Assembly (NCBI GenBank): GCA_036172245.1
Contig: JAYWIR010000019.1
Location: forward strand, 1,984,001 to 2,048,000
Length of the DNA: 64,000 nucleotides
Origin: Raillietiella orientalis
Lineage: Eukaryota
Direction of reading: 5' to 3'
Shown: one piece after another, positions 1-12,520 of the stretch
How positions within the stretch are numbered: position 1 is the first letter of the stretch
How the letters are laid out: each line of letters begins with the position of its first letter
Notes under the pieces: model-generated
The model's database searches: none
What the model saw: the letters and a program-made list of their open reading frames with translations, nothing else
What the model was told of the DNA's origin: nothing
Translations under genes and position numbers: made by a program

Positions 1-676
1 GTCGACCTGGAGATCTTCAGGAGAGGGATGGTCTTTTTCTGGTTCGTGCAGTGGTGGATCAGAGCTCTGCTCAAGCACTTCCTCCTTGTCCTGTTCCTCC
101 CTCTCCCGTTTCCTCCTGTTTCTTCGAGGAGGTGGTGACAGACTTTGCATTCCACTCTCACTTTCTTCTTCTTCTTCTTCCACAACTCCATCCCTTCCTC
201 ATGATCGGGCGACCCAGCAGGACGCGCACTACCTCTACTTCCATACGTCCGCTTGCAGGATGGAGTGGCGAAGAATCGTCCACTCTTTGTTCCTCTGTCT
301 CAGACGGAAGGGAAGCGCATTCGCACCAGCGGTGCGCTGCTTATCTCAAGTTGACCCACTGCCATCGCTGGCACCCGGTTCCTCAAGTCAGCAGTAGGCG
401 GTGGGTGACACCTGGGGACGGCTCAGTGTCTCGCGCCGATGTCCCATCTTGAGAATGTGGCACTACGCGCACGTGGTTCTATGGAACGAAATCCCGTTGC
501 TGTGGATGCTGCTGCTGGCACCGCGGATCGTGTGGCGGCGAAAGAGGTCGTGAGGAATTGCTTTGCTGCAAACTGCGCGTCCCGCGGGTTCAGTCGCATT
601 GGGCCGTCGTGGTGGCCGAACAGCGTCAGTGCGTGCGTCAGTGCTTGCGTGCGTGAGTGCGGACTTTGGTGCAGCA

Positions 677-1290
677 GAATCCCGAACGATCAACATCCGG
701 AAAGATCTTAAAAATAAATGCATAGGTTCATTTCATACGTTAATACATATATATCTATAGACACACACACACACAGAGAGAGAGAGACTAATATACAGAT
801 TACTATATATCACAAAAATCATAAAAAAATACAGATGCTTATTATGTACACTGATATGTACATTTGTCCAAAAATATAGGTTAACGTAGAGATCTTGAGG
901 AGGAGGGTTTTCCATGAACGACGACGCGACCTTTCATGCTTTCGATCAGATCCTTCCAGCTATTGGTCTGGAAGCTGCCTGGACTACCTGGCAGCATCTC
1001 TTTCAGTAGTCGCCCTCATGAAGGTTCGCAACACGTATCGTCCATGGTCACTCCGATGCGCTGCATTCGTGGATGGACGAGACAACTGAAAAGCTTCAAG
1101 TACCAAGAAGCACTTCGCTGTGATGCACTCCACAATTTATCAGTCTATTCCAAAGATGATAGCTCCTTTAAGATAGAATTCGCACACAATACGGAAACAC
1201 GCAACAGCTTCCTAGGAGTGCATCCAGGAAATCACACGGACTCTGGAGGATATCTCAAAGAAAATACGCATGATTTGCGAACCTAGAGCG
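677..1290 (+). mobile_element. Decayed, internally deleted Mutator-like (MULE) DNA transposon remnant: TIR-like motif, AT-rich spacer, transposase C-terminal traces
   Basis: 677-708 GAATCCCGAACGATCAACATCCGGAAAGATCT resembles the AATCCC-unit TIRs of Ricksha-type MULEs and recurs at 51134-51180 (+) and 52137-52170 (-). Across frameshifts, 900-1290 gives LDYL...PWS...TRQLKSF...HSTIYQSI...YLKENTHDL*, resembling the MULE C-terminus (LDYF..WS..RTNNxLExF..HPTIWxFI..YLxxIAHNL). Confidence 0.45.
760..788. repeat. (CA)n(GA)n compound microsatellite
   Basis: gacacacacacacacagagagagagagac read directly. Confidence 0.9.
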
Positions 1291-2299
1291 ACAAGCTTGA
1301 GGAAATGCAAGAGTCCGTTGCCAGGGGAGCAGTGTTTCGACACAGTGAAGCCACGGGGCTGCACACACTTTGTTGCCAGCTTCCATTCGTTCATCTTCCG
1401 AGGATCTGTTTCTTTTCGACACAGACACATAACACAGGGCATCCGAAAGAAGGGGGCTGTAAGAATGGGACGCTCCAAAATGCCAGCAACACATTTCCGT
1501 ACAAGTCTCGGAAGTGTGATCAATAGAGAGCATTTTAAGTATACAGCTTTTCTGATGTCTGTTCTTGTGGAATGAAACATTCCGATGTTTTCGAATATCA
1601 ATCCAGAGAAACTCTGGACTGGTAACATCCGAAGGAGATAAACATGAGAGGCTCATCTCTTCGATAGCCAAAGAACCAGCAAAAAACACAAACAGTCACA
1701 GTGGAGCCCGTATAACGCGGGAGATATGCACCGCGTTGTACGAGACCTGTGGTTTATACCTTGATAGCATGAGATGCATGCAATGTATCTGATACGCTGT
1801 AACGGTTTATATTTGTTATCTCACTTCGAAACAAAAAAAGGATAAAACGCTGCGAGCGTTTATTTATTAGCAAACTTAAGGCAAACAGAACAAGGTTTTC
1901 GGCTTTTGTTCCTATCCAAGCAATTGGAACAATCTTTCTATAATTTCCATGATCCTCGTTGCTACGCTCGAACGCGCTATTTTATCCACGGGAACGTGGA
2001 TGCTGGATTCGAGCACAGCGGCGAGAGTTGGTTGAGTGTTACTTTCGCAGTTGGGTCTCGCGTGTTGGCATTCTTCTCGAAGGCAGCTGAACGAGCGCCA
2101 TGCCGGAAGATTAAAACTTATCGGCAGGCAGACTGCATTCGCCCACCTCCTCACAGGCGGTAGCCATCTTTTTGGCGCATCTTTTGGCGGCTGTGCGAAC
2201 TTGCGCCGCATGGGAGCCAAATGCGTTCCCGTCCGCGGACCGCCCCGTGAATCCACGTGAGCATCCGTTTTCGGCCAGCATTCGGACGCTGTGGTGTGT

Positions 2300-2620
2300 G
2301 GAGCCATCAGGAGAACGGAGATAATCCCCTCCCCGAATTACCCAGCCTCCGGAGGGACTGAAAATGAGCATCCTTCTCTCGGGAGATCAGAATGCGCAGC
2401 GACAGCACCACGCAGTTGAGATAAGCGGCTCTGCCGAGAGAGAGAGGCCCTGCCTGCTATCAGCCATGGGAAAATCCCGCCAGCAAAACCAGAGATGCTG
2501 GTGATACGGGGGCGCGCTCCACCATACCCACCGGCACAAACGCTTGACTTCGGTGCTGCCATCACTTCCTTCGTGATGGGCTGAAAGAAGCAAGGGCGGT
2601 GGTGTGGATCGATGATGGGC
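2300..2620 (-). mobile_element. Decayed LINE AP-endonuclease domain fragment
   Basis: Minus-strand frames give AGRA...LINCVV...WVIRGGDY, resembling the GR..NxY..GGDFN motif order of L1-type endonucleases. Confidence 0.35.
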
Positions 2621-2744
2621 GTAGATGGTGGCACCGGCACACTCCTCTTTGGCTCCAAGTCCGGATGCTTGTGGTTTTACTCGGCGGGAACCAGGGAACA
2701 CCGCGCGCTATTTTTCCGTTTCTTTTTTATTTTAAAGCTGAAAT

Positions 2745-3000
2745 CAAGTTAGGGAATAACCCGGAGGGACCACCCTTTGAATCCAAGAAGGATACAGAGG
2801 AAGCAGTCCGTTCCTCTTGCACTTGGTAGGGGAGCCCCGCAGAGAATTCTGGGCTGTCTTCGAAGGGGGCTCAAAAGGGAAAACCACTCCCTTATTCTTC
2901 CTTATTCAGACGGGGGAGGCCACCACTCATTTCTTCACTGAAAGGAACCCGGAAAGGGAATTTCCCGATTTCTCTGAAGAGCGCTCCTCGAAGGCGCTGT
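2745..3000. repeat. Family B dispersed repeat copy (GGAACCC/GAGGA-rich)
   Basis: Shares gtccgttcctcttgcacttggtagggga and ccactcatttcttc motifs with 11490-11710, 47280-47480 and the reverse complement of 45385-45990. Confidence 0.7.
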
Positions 3001-3089
3001 TTTTTTCGAGCTGTCTCAGTCACACAGGCTTCTTTAGGCAAGTTTCGAGCACAAGACTTCCGAGGAACGGATGGATACGGATCTGAATT

Positions 3090-4170
3090 GCTTTCTATGA
3101 AAAAAAAAAGGGGGAAGGGGGAAGGGGGGAAAGGAGGGAAAGAAAGTGGTTTTACAGTAGCAGCTGCACGTTCTGACTGCCATGCACCTTCGTAAAGGGT
3201 GCAGGTAATCGTGAGATGTCACAGCTGGCTGGGTCTTCTCTGCAGAAATCTTCGGAGAGAGCTGCAACGAGGTTTTGTACACCTTGAGCTTGCCGAGAAT
3301 TCTCCGGCCTTAGAACTCGAGCTGCTGACTGTCATCGAATGACCCCCTAGGAGGTCGTCGGCAGGAGAAAGACGAAGGCTTGCTAGGTGGCTTCCGTCCT
3401 CTTTCTGGCAAGCAGCAAGGTTCTTGCTGCTTGCTCGGTTCTCAGCTGTAAGGGCGAGGCACACGCTGCACGAGCTCTCGAGGGCATGCCGTTTCATCGC
3501 ACTGAATTTCGATCATCTCCACATCTCGAAGGAGGTTTTCCACTGAAACATCGGAGGCAACGATGGAACAAGATTCACCCGGAAGCAAAAGCGCTTCTCA
3601 GCCTTTTGCTAAGATCAAAGTGAAGCAAAAGCTCAGCAGCAGAGTCGGCCATGGCGCCGGTACCATAATAAATTTATGATTAAATATTACCCCAACATAA
3701 AATTCCATTCAAACATCTAAACTTTTTTCATCCCAAATGTTTGTTTATAATAATTATTAATTATTAATCTATAATATATTATCTTTTTTCCAGCACCTTA
3801 AGATAGGGTGACACCTTCCCACAACATTGAATGAGATCGTACCTTTCCCTCCTGTCATTCAAAGCTTCCAAGTGCGCACCTCTCAGATTTGCTCGCATGA
3901 TGACTATGCTCTCCTCCCAGGCCTGCAAGTAACGGCAGGGGACTCGGGATGTCGCTCATCCAGAGAGAATGGATTTTCTAAATTGCCAACTGCAACGTCC
4001 AAATAAGAATTAAAAAGAAAAAAAGGGTGCAAGTGACTTGAAAAGTGGAAGAAAGAGGGAAGAAAGGAAAGCGGGATCGCAGTAGCAGCTGCAAATTTCG
4101 ACTGCACTGCATCTTCGTAAAGGATACAGATGACTGGTAAGACGACCACATGAAAGATGTGAACCGAATA
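3090..4170. repeat. Two diverged direct copies (about 3090-3225 and 4010-4150) of a repeat with a purine-rich tract followed by cagtagcagctgca...cttcgtaaagg
   Basis: Direct sequence comparison. Probably the 3' end of another retroelement on the minus strand. Confidence 0.6.
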
Positions 4171-4959
4171 TTTGCTATAACGAGCTGTGCACATCTTGTT
4201 TATCCGAAGGATGAATGGATTTTATTTGCTCTCCCAGAGGAAGTGGACGTGGTGAGAGCATAGCCTCTACGGTCTGCTTCCAGAAGAGATCCGCATCCTC
4301 ATCAACGTCAGGCGGAATAAGAAGATAAGAAGGACCGGAGTGGAGCAAACAGCTGCAATACTCAGCTTAACGTTCAGCGTAAGCTTCATGGATGATATCC
4401 ATTTTAATGACGCGACAGGTAAGTTGTTGCCGTGGTTTCGAAGGCATGAATTCGCCGCGCAGCACTCAGCAGTGCTTCTAGTTTCTTTCGAAGATTGTTC
4501 AAGAGCCTCATTTTCGAAGAATGCCCATGTCTCGTGGGCAACTAGAAATAGAAATAATGTATCAATCAAACAAAATGGAGATCAGAAATGAGATGCAAGT
4601 GGCTCAACGTAAGTAACTAATGTGGGAGCCAAACTATTGCCTACTGGACTTGTCATGGAGAGCAGCTCTCAGCCAGGATATCAAGTTATTGATGCAAGCA
4701 ATTACTAGGCAAACAATTTTCCTGCAAGTGAAAATGCATTGCCATCTTTTCCTTATCCATCATCACTAATATCACATCTTCCACAGAATCAGCTTCCTGT
4801 GATGGGAAATTTTCCAATGGTTTTTATCCTCACATGGGGCGACAATCTAGGCTGTCTAAGATGATGAGATTTTCAGGAGTGCATCCACTTTGCCGAAGAT
4901 GTGGATGAGTGAGCAATTATTACCACAGCTTTCTATGGCTGGAAAGATGGCTACAGAAA

Positions 4960-5266
4960 GAAGATAGATGAGGATGATGAATTAGGACATGTTAAGACAT
5001 ATGCCGACTACATGCCTATTAGACTGAAAATTGGCAGAAGACATCCTGATTCTGTTGTTGAAACTGCATCTTTGGCTAGTGTTGAATCACCAGATATCAC
5101 ATATCAACCGCATTTAGAACCTCAATCCTAAGGACTGGAACATTGTCTGCCTTGGAGCTAGAGGCTATTGTGTATGCGTGTCAGCAACATGAACAGATGC
5201 TCCCTAACGGAATGCAGCACCAGCACGATTTTTCAATTGGTGATGGTGCTGGAGTTGGGAAAGGCA
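4960..5266 (+). pseudogene. sno: Strawberry notch (SBNO/sno/let-765 family) pseudogene fragment; decayed N-terminal sequence may extend upstream to ~4600
   Basis: Translates as [47 protein letters not shown], then after a frameshift near 5123 [29 protein letters not shown]...[10 protein letters not shown]. This matches the conserved strawberry notch N-terminal helicase-like region. Homology stops at the GDGAGVGKG motif. Confidence 0.9.
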
Positions 5267-5659
5267 TCTATGCGCTCATCAGTGATTCTTTTCTGGTTGC
5301 CTTCATATCTTCGGACCCCAAGAACGAAATTTTCTATGCCTTATCCCGAGAGAGGGGCGAAGAAAACGAGCATCAGCACCTGCTGTTTCCAAACATCAGT
5401 GAATGAAAACTTTGTCGATCGCAGAAGCATTGCGTCTTCTTGCAAGAAGAGCTCAGATGCGTCGCCTCAAAGAAACCACTGCTCGAGTGAATTCATGCGT
5501 GCATGACCCTATCCAGAAGGAAGAAGCAGGAAGTACCTTTTTGGAGTGCACATATGGGTCTTCTCTATAAGATTCAACTTCCAAAAAAGAAATGTGTGTG
5601 GAAACCTGAAACTGATTTTTGTGGTTTGAACAGTTGCTCTTCCTGCTTTTCTTGATAAT

Positions 5660-6760
5660 CCTCATATGCATGGCTTGTGAAAAAACGTTCCATTTTTTAA
5701 ACTGAAGACAAAGACCGGCGGGGTTGTTACAGTCGTAGGATTCAGACAGGATTTGCAGTGCCATCCACAGGGAAAGACCATTCGCTGAGGTGCTTGAATA
5801 AAGAACTAAGTGAAAATTTCTGTTGTTTTTTTGTGCATGTGCTCAAAATGGCACCATTTGTTGCAAAGCCGTTTCACGCATAGAACAGGAATTTCTTAAA
5901 TTTGCAAAGTTAAAGACACAAACTCCATCTAAAACGATTTGAGTGCAGCGACGCTGATTTAAGGAGGAAGGGACATCTTCTTCCAGGCGCTGAGGGTAGA
6001 TCAGAATCAGCGAAATGTTGATTATGGATCCAGCCTCTTCCAAAATGTTCACCATTTCAAAAAGACTGAAAAGGGCAAGCGTTCCTTAATTTCTAGGGCA
6101 CAGTTCTCGTATACCACCTTACAGATTCCTCCGACTCACCTCTGCGCCCCGGTGCGCTCTAATTCCCTTCCTTTCTCTTCTCTCTGGAAAAAGTGATTCC
6201 GCACGAGCGTAGAGAGGCTGCAAAAGTACACATCCAAGGTGCACCTTCCAAGAGAAGCGCCATGTGTTTATGGATATGGCAGAGTTGATGTCTAGAAGGT
6301 TCTTGCAAGGTCTCCTGTCACATCAGGTGTTTGGTACAAGTGATTACCTTTGGGAGATGTCGATCAAGGATAAAGGCGGGAGCTCAAGAAACCTGTAGTT
6401 ATGTTGAGGCTCGAAGTAAGAGGTGTTCTTTTTTCATTCTTCTCCTTCTGTTAGTCTACAGAGATTCCGAAAACACTTTTCTCCGGCTTAACAAGTCGAG
6501 AAAAGAATATTGTAAGCCACAGTTAAGAGAGCAGACAAGCGACCTCATAGGACAAAACCCTAAGCCACGATTCCAGCAAGAGCAATCAAGGGCGTCCCAT
6601 TATTCAACCATTTCCGGTCTCTGGCAACTTGTGCTTTCCCATCGGAAATCTCGATTCCAGATGTCAGGTCAAATCAAGAATCCAATTCCTCTCTTGGCTT
6701 TCATTTCATTGGTGGATGCCCTTTGAAATTGCTCCCGAGCTCGTTTTTTCCGACTTATCT
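5660..6760 (-). mobile_element. Decayed piggyBac-type transposase
   Basis: Motif order on the minus strand across frameshifts: TNEMKA..., LDVYFCSL...KGIRA (cf. DNYFTS..KGI.A.GT), DGV..FANLR (cf. GGVD.ADQLR), and terminal Cys-rich WHCKSC...LCL...NVF..MH (cf. CxxC..LC..CF..FH). Confidence 0.55.
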
Positions 6761-9379
6761 CCATTGAAAGAAGCGAAAATGTCCCAAAAATTTTTCTGAT
6801 AAGAAAAGAACAACTCTCTTCTATCCCTTGATTCAGATGGTCGCTGTCCGTTCGGGTCCTTTGTAGCGATACCTGTGCTTCTTACTGAAACTTTGGTGGA
6901 CCATTCTCATGACAGCCTCCCTTATGCATGCCGGCAACGAGGCAAACAAGAATGCAAGAATTCTTAAAGAAGTTTCCAAGAATCTTTTTTTATTTTTTAG
7001 ACTGCCATCTGTTTCCACGAAGTCAGGTCGGACAGATGTTGCTGCCTCTCATGCTTTACCGCGCTCCCATGATCCGTTCGACTGGAACGCAGGGGAGGCT
7101 GCATAAACAGAGGATGGGCACCGCTTGACTTCTACTTAACAAGAACGTTTTCTTGTTCGCAGCTGTCACTCGTTCGTGCCCAAAAGTTAAGCAGCCCGCA
7201 TCCTGTTCTTATGCTGCTTGCTTTGAGTGCAGTCGAACGGATCATAGGGATGCAATAAGGCATGAGAGACAACAACACCTGTCCGAGCATTGTGGAAGCA
7301 GAGACCACCAAGAGTGCTACTAGACAATGTTTCACTCTTCACGATCCTTCTTGGAGAGACCACCTGGCTTGGGTTCCCTGCAACTTGCACCTTGAAGTCT
7401 TTAGATAGAAGTGCCTTTAGTTTGAACCTGCAAGAGGCGATCTTTCTGCACCGCATCCACAAGTGCCTTCTAACTGTACCTGCCCATCTCCAGAAATTTC
7501 CAAAGCTTTCCTAGAAATGTTTCTGCCTACCTTTGCCCGGAAAGCGTGGATGCATCTCTGTTGCATCCACAGAGGAGGCGTCGTGGAAGAGAAGCAGCAT
7601 CCGGTTTCTCGAGGGAAGTCTCATTCCGACATCCGAAAAAGATATGACCGAGAGGAGATCAATGAACAGTGGCCAAAGGTAGGTAACATAAGATGGCAAG
7701 CTTCAACCTTTCGTGACCTTCTTTCGGAATGAGAGCACACTCCTTGGACGGCAGATCGGTCATCGGAATTCGGAACGGACGGTTCCTCTACGCCGAACCT
7801 CAGCCACGAGCACGGCCATCCGGTCAAGGAAGGACGCAGATCTCCGACGAATGCCTCGAAGCAAACAGTTGCATTTCTGGCGAATGCTGCAGGATCGATC
7901 GCCTTGTCCATGCGAACTCTTGTTGTCGTCTCGGAGATGGGAACGTCCGAGCCCTTGACAGTCAGCGACAGAATTCGATTGCTGCTTCGCGTCCTTAATC
8001 GAAGATCAGCGGTCCCTTCATTTCTCCAAAAAGCTGGCGATAGCTGGGAAAGTGGGTTCCACGAGGGTCGGGAACCCTCTTGGGACAAAAGGCAAACTCG
8101 AATTTCTCTGCTTCCCTCAGAGCTGATCTTCCTGCCAGAACCCCGTTGAAGCTCGGAAACTCGATGAGACGCTGCTTCCGTGCACCACGGACAGCCTGGG
8201 CAGGATGGCGGGAAAACCATCAAGCAATCCACCAGCGAACCGCGCGAGAGGCTAAAGCGCCCTCTCTTGAGCTCTGGTTCGACTTGGCACCGCCGGAACG
8301 CGTCGCGCTTTGAAAGCGGAGACTGCGGGGTGCCGCCGAATCCACGCTGGCAACCGGCTTCCTCCCACTCGAGCCAACGGAGCAGAGTCTGTCCTAGGAA
8401 ACGGAGGTCCATCCTGCTGGTCGAGGCAAGAGCGTCCCTGACGAGGCGGCGGGCAGGACTGTAGCCGCCCGAAGCGAAGAGGAGAAGAGGCGATGACGCA
8501 AGAGGATCCGAACCTCTCTACCCTTCCCTCCCGGTGAGCGGAAGAGGAAACCAGGAGCCGACCTCTGTGAAGAGAGCTGGGAAGCGTAGCGAAGCAGCTG
8601 GAGGGTGGATACGGCCGCTTCCCAGAGGAACCTGGCGACCGCGTGCAGCGTGGTGGACAGGAGGAGAGGAGAGCGAAGCCGGGGAGCAGGTGGAAGTGGT
8701 GGGCATCGCTGCCGGTTGGCTTTCGCGCCTTTGCTCCAGCGCCCACGCCGCTGAGGCCCGGCGGCGAGCGCGCACGCAGCTTATCAGGGAGAGATGGAGA
8801 GAGAAGTCGTGACGGTCCAATCAAATGAGATCATCAGATTCAGTCAGATCCAATCCAATGATGGACGATCATCTCTCGCGGCTACCGGGCCAAAGGAGAC
8901 GACAGCAAATGGGAGGCGCCTGAGCGCGCGGGAAACGGGTTTCCAGGCTCCGGATGGACATCTTCCGTGATTCCTCACATCTGCAAAGGCGCAGCTGCAA
9001 GAGCTGTCCTCGAGGTTTGAGGGTTTCCGGTACGATGCCCAGCAGGGAGGAAGTGGCATTTGACGGCCGCAGCCGCACCGAGAAGCATCAGAGCGGGTAT
9101 CGTCAGGAGTGAGGACTCTGGGGCCAGCTTCAGTTTTTTGGAGTCGATGGGGGAACGGAGTGGAAGCAGGGACCTCTTCAGCTGGTCCGTAGGAGAACCT
9201 TCCGGTGGCGGAGTGGGAGATCCTTATGTTGCATTGGGGCCTCCCGTGCAACTCCCGCCGACTCTATAGGGCCCGGAGGAGTGGGTGAAAGCCTCAAATG
9301 CAGCACGTGCAAGAGATAGATAGTCTCTTTCACACTTGCTTTTGAAATGTGCTGCCCTCCGGCCCCTCTGATGACGCTT

Positions 9380-9870
9380 TGCTGAGACCATTGGAACCCC
9401 CGGCGGCAACTCCAGAGACGTCTTGAAGAACCTCGTCCTGCGCGACGCCCTCACACCGGCCACATCCCTAGCAGCATTTTGCGGGACCGTGGCTGCATGG
9501 AGCGATGCCAGAGGAGGCCAGAACGACATAAACGCCATCTCTTGTACTGTCTTCTTCATTAGGATAGCGTCAAGATGGCCCCATCTGGGAGTTTTGAAAC
9601 AGGAAGTTGCCGGCATCCTCACAGGAATACAGTGGATGCTCGCCAGCACACAGTAATCCCTTCCCGATCCTCCCTCCCCTGTCTTCCAATTTTTTGCATT
9701 TTTGTATTTTTTTCCTTTTTGTTTGTCTCCCCTTCCTCTGTGCTGCTGAGACAAACCACGCCGGACCACGCGCCGGTTCTCGGCAGGTTCCCATGGTTAC
9801 ATATGTAACGTGGCAGCACCACTGACTTGTATGCTTACTTTTTAAAAATAAATTCTCTGGCGCAACCAAA
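9380..9870 (+). mobile_element. L1/Tx1-like LINE (family A) 3' end: ORF2 C-terminus plus T-rich 3' UTR
   Basis: ORF ends ...IASRWPHL...EVAGIL*. The RWPHL motif is shared with copies at ~17480, ~42770 (-), ~43965 and ~53320 (-), which lie downstream of RT/CCHC sequence. Confidence 0.7.
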
Positions 9871-10029
9871 TGTCAATCCGGTGGCTGCTGGAGAAGATAA
9901 GATTGGTGGCCAAGAACCTCCCTCTCTGTGAGGGCAGAGGAAAATGCCCTTTTCCATCGGTCGTCCGCGAAAGGAGAGTTCCTGCTCTTTTGTAAGAGAT
10001 TCTGATAGTTCCTCCTTTCAGCATGGATG

Positions 10030-10670
10030 GCCGTGTCTCTCCGGAAAGAGGTAGAGCGTTCGGAATTCGAGGCTGGCCGCGTGCCGCGACGAGAGGCGCC
10101 TCCGGAAAGAGATCCCCCAAATCCTGAGAGAAGAGACTCCCAACCGAGCTGTCCTTTGCTTGCGGCGCCCTACAGCGAATCCAACGGAGCGGCCTCTCCT
10201 CTTCAGGGGAGCCTCGGGGTCGGGCAGAAGGAAGGGAGGCAGAAGTGGCAAGCAGCGCGTCCCCGCCGCTGTGGGAAGCGCAATTCTTCCTCTCTGACTG
10301 GTTGCAGACAAGTGAGAGCGTTCGCACGGGCGTGGAGACCGTTGCTCCCAAGGGAGGGAGTATCGCAGGCGGACTCCTCCCAAGCTACTCTGGAATCCAG
10401 GAGTCCTTCCAGGGACAGAGAGCTACCTCAAATCCACCTTCTTCCTGAGCAGCTTCGTGCCTTGCTTGCCGGGAAGTCCCAGACTCGGTGAGGCCACTCC
10501 TGTTCGCGCACTCCGGGATGCCAATCCAAGCCCTCGCGAACGCAGTCCTGTGCGAGGAACGCTCCCCTTTTCCGAAGTGCGCCACGCGCGTTCCTCTCGC
10601 TTGTGAGCGACCCGCACACGAACGTACACGCGAGACCGCTGGCTACCTCTGCATCCACGAGCCTTCCCCT
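10030..10670 (+). mobile_element. Decayed LINE ORF2 post-RT segment
   Basis: Weak similarity to the LPERAAVWN...GGLG region of the copy at 30960-31200. Confidence 0.4.
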
Positions 10671-10829
10671 TGAGGAGCAGGCGAGCGAATGACATCAGCA
10701 CACGTCAGCGCGGAGAGAAAAGCACTCTAACCTCTCGGCTCAACGCACACCCACGGCTCAGTGAAATCGGAGAGGCGGCATCCGCACTCGTTGGCCACCG
10801 TGACGTTGTCGGAAGCCCCATTCCCCGAC

Positions 10830-12520
10830 CCATGGAATCCCAGTTGACGGAGCGGTCACGTGCGCCATCGTGCCGGAACTCCCGGAAGCTCGCGTGCGTC
10901 CGACTGCAAGAGGGCGTACTGGATGCCCCGGAGCGCGGATGTCGATCGGGGAGTGGGCTGCATGGTGTGTGCGATCCACCGGCCGCCGAGAAGCGGAGAA
11001 AACCGATGATAGATGGTGGCTAATGTCTTTCGAGGGTGGCGACAGCTCATCTACGCATGGTTCTTAAAGGTGGGGAAAGACAAGTTCCCCGATAGGTCAT
11101 GATTACGTCGGGAACGGCAGACCTCGATTCAGACCACCACCACGACGGCAGAAGGCGAATGTCAAGAAGTCTTATCCACTCACTGAGGCAGAGCTACCGA
11201 GCAGTCCTTCCTCTTTCGGCTACGAAATCGGTAGCCTACGCGACGCATTTCCACTGCTGCTGGACAGACCTCACCGCGGTCTCCTCCTTACCGGCAGCTT
11301 CCGCGAAGGAGAGCTGCTCTCAGAAGGATGAGATCTGAGGTCATCAAGCATAGTTCCTGTTCCGGAGTCGAGAGCGGTCGCGCCGTCACAACCCATGCGC
11401 GTATTGCGTGCGAAGATTCGCCAAGTGCCGAAGGATCGTTGGCCTCCTTAGAAGGCGCTTACAGAGATCATCTAAAGACTATCAACGCCACCCGAGGGTG
11501 CGCGTAACTCTTCAAGTTATAAAGGGCATCCCTAGAGGAGACGAATCCAGAGAGATTTCTGTAGGAGGAGTCCGTTCTTCTTGCGCTTGGTAGGGGAAAC
11601 CCTCGTCCTAGTTGACTCCAAAGGGAACCCCGAAGGGAACCTCTTCCTCATTCTTTCCGGAGGGGCTCCCTAGGAGCTTTTGGAGAGCGGGCCACTCATT
11701 TCTTCTTGGTGTCGTGGGCGCGCATTGCATTCCAAGGAAGGAAGGATTGGGCTCTATCCAATGCGAAGAGCTCGGAGAGTGTTGTTTTTTTGCATTCCTT
11801 TGCTCCTTTTGCCGGAATTTTCCCAAGGTTGTTGCGATCACTGCGTGGATCTGAGCGGCCCCACGCATCTGGTCGCCGGCTGTGGGTCTTTCCGTTCCTT
11901 GTTCTGTGCAAAGTGAGTTCTCCAGGGACCATGGAAGGCACAGGAACAGTTGCTATGGGTGCACTAGTGAAGAATGCGGGATGGCTGCCCCCGTTGGCCT
12001 ACGCTGGCCCCGTTCTTTTTCGAGCCGCATGGGGTATCGGAGGGGGAAAAGAAGAGGAAAGGAGCGGCGCTTTCGCTTGCAGAGACCATATTTTCCGATC
12101 AGCGGCTTTCCTTTGTTCGGTGAGCAGTCGATGCTCAGCCTCTCTCTGTTTGAAGGCGAAGTCCCCGACAACACCTCGCGATGGTGCTTGAGGTAGGAGG
12201 GAAGGGGGGACAGGCGGAGCTGGTAGCTCAACCTCCGCATCGGCGATTCCCGGCGCGAATTGAGAAGGAAAGATGCTGGAACATTGGGAGAGGGCGGGAA
12301 GTCACTAGTCTCTGCATCGGAAGGAGCGTTGAGGATGCTGGAACGTATGGTCCGGTCAGTCAGTGATAACTTCCATGGTAGCCAGCAGAACGAGAAGGAA
12401 CGGAGGTGCGAATGTTGTGATTTCTCCACGATGGCTATTGCATAGTTGGAGTTGTTGTGAAGAAGAGGTGCATTCTTGAACGCTCCTGTGCTGCCCAGCG
12501 AGGTTTCCTTAGCAGTGCTT
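10830..12520. repeat. Family C dispersed repeat, copy 1 (blocks 10830-11130 and 12035-12520), interrupted by a family B copy at ~11415-11710
   Basis: Clearly alignable to 24900-25195 and 25505-25980 (e.g. gtgcgccatcgtgc.ggaactcccggaa; tctgcatcggaaggagcgttgaggatgctggaacgtatggtccggtcag). Confidence 0.85.
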
